From positions 5,704,001 through 5,768,000 of the forward strand of contig CM035357.1 of assembly GCA_020137815.1 (NCBI GenBank): 64,000 nucleotides of DNA, given 5' to 3'. The notes below the pieces were generated by a model. It did not search any database and had not been told where the DNA came from. It saw nothing but the letters and a program-made list of their open reading frames with translations. This document shows, in pieces, positions 58,949 through 64,000 of this stretch. Each line of letters opens with the position of its first letter. The stretch's first letter is position 1. This DNA is from Hormiphora californensis. Taxonomy: Eukaryota > Animalia > Ctenophora. The translations under genes were made by a program, and so were the position numbers.

Positions 58949-61900
58949 TTATAAAGATTCACAGTTTTGAAACGGGAAGTTCATCGTTTTTTAGGTGTTT
59001 AATACTGCGAATGAGGGACTCTCGCTCTTGGTACGTACTGGTTTCCAGGGTTACCGTCTTACCAAGGCGTTCCTCCACCAGAGTAAATTCATCCACACTG
59101 CAATTGGATGGGAATCATTATATTGTGCTAACCCTCCTTTACATAGAAAGAGGGTCGAGCTAGCTCCCAGCTAGCTGCAAGATTGGAATACATATTACGC
59201 GCCCTTCTTTGATCTCACTCACACCTACTATTACACATCTCAGTAGTAGACCTACCACTCGTCTGTTATACATCATCTCACTCTCATATATAATCAGAGG
59301 GTGTATAACAGACGAGTGGTAGGTCTACCATGTTAGCTACCACTCGTCCTGACGGGACCTTGATCTCGCTAAAATGTGGTAAGCGCAATAAATTCGTCGT
59401 AGTTTTGGGTAGTATTGGGTCTAAATTTTTTGTGTCGTCCCCGTGCTAAACAGGTCTGTGTTTTTATCTGTATAATACGTGACTTTCATTTCTTATTATC
59501 AGAGAAAGAAGGTGTGTGAAATGTGAGCCAATTCACGGACCCTACCCTCACTTTGTACACCCGCTAAAATGCATAAACTGATATGAGCAGGGCACCCTAC
59601 GGCAGTTATCGTACACGTGTCCCTTACAGAGTGCAAGTGAAGCCGACCCCCTGGCGACCTCCCCCCTGGCGACTTAGAGGGTAAAACCAATAGGACAAAC
59701 CGTGTATAACAGAGGAAAAACAACTATATTCCCCCAGAACACTTACGTGACACTCCCACTTCTACTTTGTGGTTCCCTGTCCTCATATACCAGTACCAGA
59801 TCACAACTGGTAAAGTGGCTGTATTGTACACACAGGATGTCCTCTAGGGGGATACTTTCCAGAATCACAAACTGAACACTACTCGGCATTCTGGGGGAGG
59901 AGAGAAGGTGTGATAGATTGGAAACTACCATGATCTGGCCTTCCAGATACCTACTAGGTTCTGCGTAACTGGACTCTTGACTAGTGGAGGGTGCAAGTCA
60001 TGGATGAGTAAGAGTACAGGAGGTACCGTGGTACTATCGTCCACTGGCAACCAATAGCTCTAACTATAGACTGCACTTCTAGTATACCTGAAGTTGGAGG
60101 TAATGGGTAGTGGCCAGAAGATGTTATCTTCCTCAATAATATAGACAGTCTGGTCAGCCAACACCACTGACACAAGAACCTTGCTGTCTTCCTCTTCTTC
60201 CTCCTGGCCTCCATCCGACTCCCCATCGCTAGCAGGTAGAATACCTAAAGAACCGGTAAAACTAAAATTAGTATTCATTTTGAAGAATACCAACATTTGA
60301 CAGCAGAACTTGAAATAGAGACCACGAGGAAAACAGTTCCAACCTGATTTGAACTATTAGCGACAAAAAGTACCCTAAATACGCAACTCTAACTAAGTAA
60401 ACCTGATTTTGAAACAGCACTCCTGGTACCGGGTTGGTGGGGTCCACACTGTAGATACACTAGATGGTAGGCGAGAAGGACTACTGAGGAATAGTCCTCT
60501 GTAGAACTATCATGGGCTGCTATCTCAAACCTGTAGAGGGGGGGGGGGTGTTAACCATGGTGACAATGGTAACCATGGTGACATTGGTAACAATGGTGAC
60601 AATGGTAACAATGGTAACCATAGTAACAATGGTAAGAATGGTAACATCTTCACAAGGTAAAAAAAGGAAGTTACTTAGGAGAATTCAGGAACAGTCGGGC
60701 AGTAAATATTTACCTGAGATTATCTAGATCATCATCCAGAGTAACGATTGATAGTTCCCGTCCCTTTCTTGTAATTAGCGTGTCACTCTCATAGCTATCT
60801 ACCTGGTACTGACAATCCAGGGCACCTGTTACCTAGAAATTAGAGGGTTAGTGAATACACATTGGTAACCTGGGATAGGGCACCTGTTACCTGGGAGTTA
60901 GAGGGACAGTTAAGCGACTCAATCATAGAGATTGGTGTTATACAAATTATTGAATACTGAGATGTCAACAAGCAACCTAGAATTATACGTAGAAAACATA
61001 GATTAGTTAAGTTTAAGAATGTAATTGATGCAGCAGCAGTCGCATACAGTAAATTCGGAATTAAAAGTCTTTGAAGTTGAGTATTAAATTGAGACAAGTC
61101 TAGACACTAACTGTACAGTTGCGGCATTATAACCCTGGACTACTACAAACTACTACTACTCTGAGTGCCTGGGAAACACTCCCCAAATGAACTAATAGTT
61201 ACTACGTACTCATTATACATGCGAACATGATAAAAACAAAGGGAAACAAGGCATTTTGCCGGGTTTTTGGCGCCCTCTATAGAGTATAGATGCGAACATG
61301 ATATGAATTTGCCGTCGACTAACCCACCACTGATTTGCCTTACTTCAGCATCACTTACTGCTCGTTTCAGGTCACCAGTCTTCCTCAGATCTCGTGTCAT
61401 AAATGTTATCATGGCACACTCCTCCCACCCAAACTCAAATCGGATCTTCTGCTCAAATACACCAATCACTATCTGAGCTGGGGGAGAGGGGAAAAGGGTT
61501 CATAACTCGTCCTAATATCGTCTGAATTTGAGAAAAAACGGTTTATAACTAAGTACTAACTGAGATTCTGAGAATTATCATAGTCGCTAAAGGGATTTCT
61601 AACTACCTACCAATATCAGTAACTGGAAGGGAAACCAGAAGAACCAAGTTAGGTGTCACGTGTCTAATAGTGCTCTGTTCTGAAGTCACGTGGTCAGCTG
61701 ATATCAGCACGTGCAAGTTTTCAGTTGTCATGACAACAGCACAACGAAACTCCTGGAGGGACGGGAATTGTTATGTTCTAACCCTCCTTTTAATTTGTGA
61801 TACAGTACAGGGCCGGGCAAAGCTTCTTGGAAGCATGTGAGAGGTTTTCTTATCGATTTAGAGGGAGATTTTTTATAACTGTTTACCGTTTCAGGGTGTT

Positions 61901-64000
61901 CACTGTAGATGCAGTAGCTGCGGTCTCTGTACAGGACGTTGTAGGAATCGCCTAGCTTCTCTTGTGTGAACTGCTGTAGTGATTCCTGAGGGGGGGGGGG
62001 GTGTAAAATGGGTAAAATTCTCCGTATTTCCAACTATGATACTAAAATGTTGAGATTTCATATCTCAGAATTACCATTACTCACCATTGTTATTGAAGCG
62101 AAGCTCTCCATACACAGTCCAAGGACATCAGCAGTCACCTCTTGTTCCTCTCCATCGCCCTCATACCTCCTTCTCCTGCTGATCTTCACATCTTTATCAT
62201 AATAAGCCCTCCAAACCCTTCCAATGTGCCCCAGAACTCTCTCCCTATTCTCATAACTCGACATCAGCAGGTCAACCCCATCCTTGGAAAATGTCTTGAG
62301 ATCGGTGTAGTACTTGAGGGACAACACGAAGCTTCCCGAGTATATCTCAGTGTATTGGGTGAGACTAAAGATAAACCGGAGGCGAAGTTTAGTTAGCACG
62401 CTGAACCGGGGTGTGAGGGGTTGGTGTCGGACGAAACAAGGTGGAGGCCACCTCACAATATCTTCTTCCAATAAGAACATGAACATTTCAGTGAGTACAA
62501 GACACCTCGAATACCTCCTTTCCAACCTCACTGACATACAGATAATCTCATCCAGCCTCCGGACCCCCAGAATCCGTTTTAGTTGTGTTAGATCCTCCTC
62601 CGATTCCGTCATCAACACTTCTTCCTCCGCAAGCAACTCCTCGTTTTGCAATGACGTCACAATCATATCTTTGAACTTCTCCATATCAGACTCGTTATAA
62701 CCGACAAAGGAGAAGGTGGTATCTGGATTTCCAAACGGATTTCCCTCAAACCGGAATTCAATCCTCACCGAATGTCGGAAGTAACTGCTCAGTACCTGTC
62801 TGATCTGGGAGATCTTGTTCCGGTAGAGGACGGAACAGGTGATGACGTCACTGTCTGATGACGTCATCAGTTTATCCAGGCTATCCTGGTTCAGGGAGAG
62901 GAGCTGGCAGTTTTCCAGACGGAGAATGATAACTTCACTGGAGGTCACCACGACAACCACAGGTATTGCCATGTCAGCACGGGAATACCGGAAACAGTGG
63001 GTGGGAAAGGAATGGAATCCATTTTCTATCTCTTCACTATCGAGAGATTGTCTGGCTATCTTCTCACTCGGATCAACCCCCTCATCCTCTTCATCCCCTT
63101 TAGCACTCTCCTCCCCTAGCTCCTTGATCTTGTTCACCAAGTGATAAAGATGGGCTAGATCCTGGAGGAAGAGCAGCGAGTACACATTGGGAGCATCCTG
63201 TCCCTTTCTCAGGATTGAAATACGATCCCCTGGGATCAGATCACAACTGATCACATCACCAGGTCCCATTGCCCAGGTCACCACACCACCCTTTGGGATC
63301 ACCTCCAGGAGTTCCGGTTCCTTTTTGAGTGGGTTTAGTCCGAGAACCCGGAGCAGTTCAGTCTCTTCCGGGTATACAGAGTAGGTTGATTGGAGGTCAG
63401 ATAGGGGGACATCAGCATACTTACTGACCAACTCATCGACAGTTTCATCAATGTTGTAGACCCCGTTAGGGACAATGTGGAAGGAGCTGAAATCAGGTTT
63501 AGGAACTACACTGGGAACGGGAGTTGGTCGGTTTTCAGACCGGGAATCTTTACTCTCTCGGCTGCTCTCAGTCGTGTACGATTCAGTCCCATCGCGAGAT
63601 ATTATTGGCCTTAGCATCGGGTTACTTGGCTCCAATATCTTCAGACTCTCCGCGGTTACAGTCAGTACTTTGGGTTGTTTTGGAGGTTTTGATTGAGCTA
63701 CTATCGGGAATATCGGGTTTATAAACTGTGACAACCAATTGTCACCATGAGCTTTTAGAAGTTCTCCGATCTTTTTGAGCAGAACATCCTCGTTTGTCAG
63801 ACATTCCTCATCCTCTATCTTTTTATCTTCCTCGCTTTCTTCACCCTCTCTCTTCTTATCCTCCTCGTATCCCTCATCTTCTCTCTTTGTCTCTTCCACA
63901 CATTCAACAATATCAACTAGAATTCCCGCTCTATCCCGCGAAGTGGGGGAGGTAATTTGAAGGTTCAGATCACAGTACGATATAGCTGCTGTCAGAGATT
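58949..64000 (-). CDS. Nischarin/STK11IP-like scaffold protein, 3' part, with two C-terminal PH-like modules
   Basis: Large exon from the right edge to 62085 (LVLT..MFLLEED..WPPPCF, SYENRERVL..IGRVW), then ~61985-61611 (frameshifted as assembled), 61477-61343 (QIVIGVFEQKIR..FMTRD), 60832-60714, ~60530-60403, ~60244-60088, ~59891-59746, ~59097-58949. Family assignment is from recalled similarity only. Confidence 0.6.
59246..59328. repeat. Perfect 27-bp inverted repeat with 29-nt loop
   Basis: GTAGACCTACCACTCGTCTGTTATACA / TGTATAACAGACGAGTGGTAGGTCTAC. Confidence 0.92.
60550..60646. repeat. 9-bp tandem repeat (GGTRACMAT) x~10
   Basis: Directly visible; intronic, next to a minus-strand acceptor. 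Confidence 0.9.

Overview
Eukaryotic (animal) genomic DNA with GT-AG introns, many (GA)n microsatellites and dense non-autonomous transposons. The organism is probably a ctenophore (Pleurobrachia-like); this is an inference from repeat content and GPCR types and was not verified. The minus strand carries a run of spliced genes: G6PD (runs off the left edge), KDM6/UTX histone demethylase (20 exons), a divergent MAP2K4/7-like kinase, ZNF593/Bud20, RUNDC1 and a nischarin-like gene (enters from the right edge). The plus strand carries SPMIP1/ATP6V1FNB plus three genes nested in introns of minus-strand genes: DNase II in KDM6, and a rhodopsin-class GPCR and an LDLa-GPCR in RUNDC1. Mobile DNA includes a head-to-tail Helitron trimer with a second Helitron nested in it, a 5'-truncated CR1/L2-group LINE with an intact RT frame, a decayed CRE-like RLE retroelement, a 1.34-kb near-perfect foldback element and many MITEs. 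The most unusual signal is a ~50-copy 44-bp minisatellite built from a KDM6 exon end plus its 5' splice site; three smaller splice-junction duplications occur elsewhere in the window. Also notable are a tight ZNF593-MAP2K arrangement suggestive of a dicistronic/trans-spliced or fused transcript and a tripartite CpG motif shared upstream of two housekeeping loci. Single-base insertions in otherwise conserved exons suggest local assembly error. All exon calls and protein-family assignments were made by eye and from recalled family motifs, without database searches.
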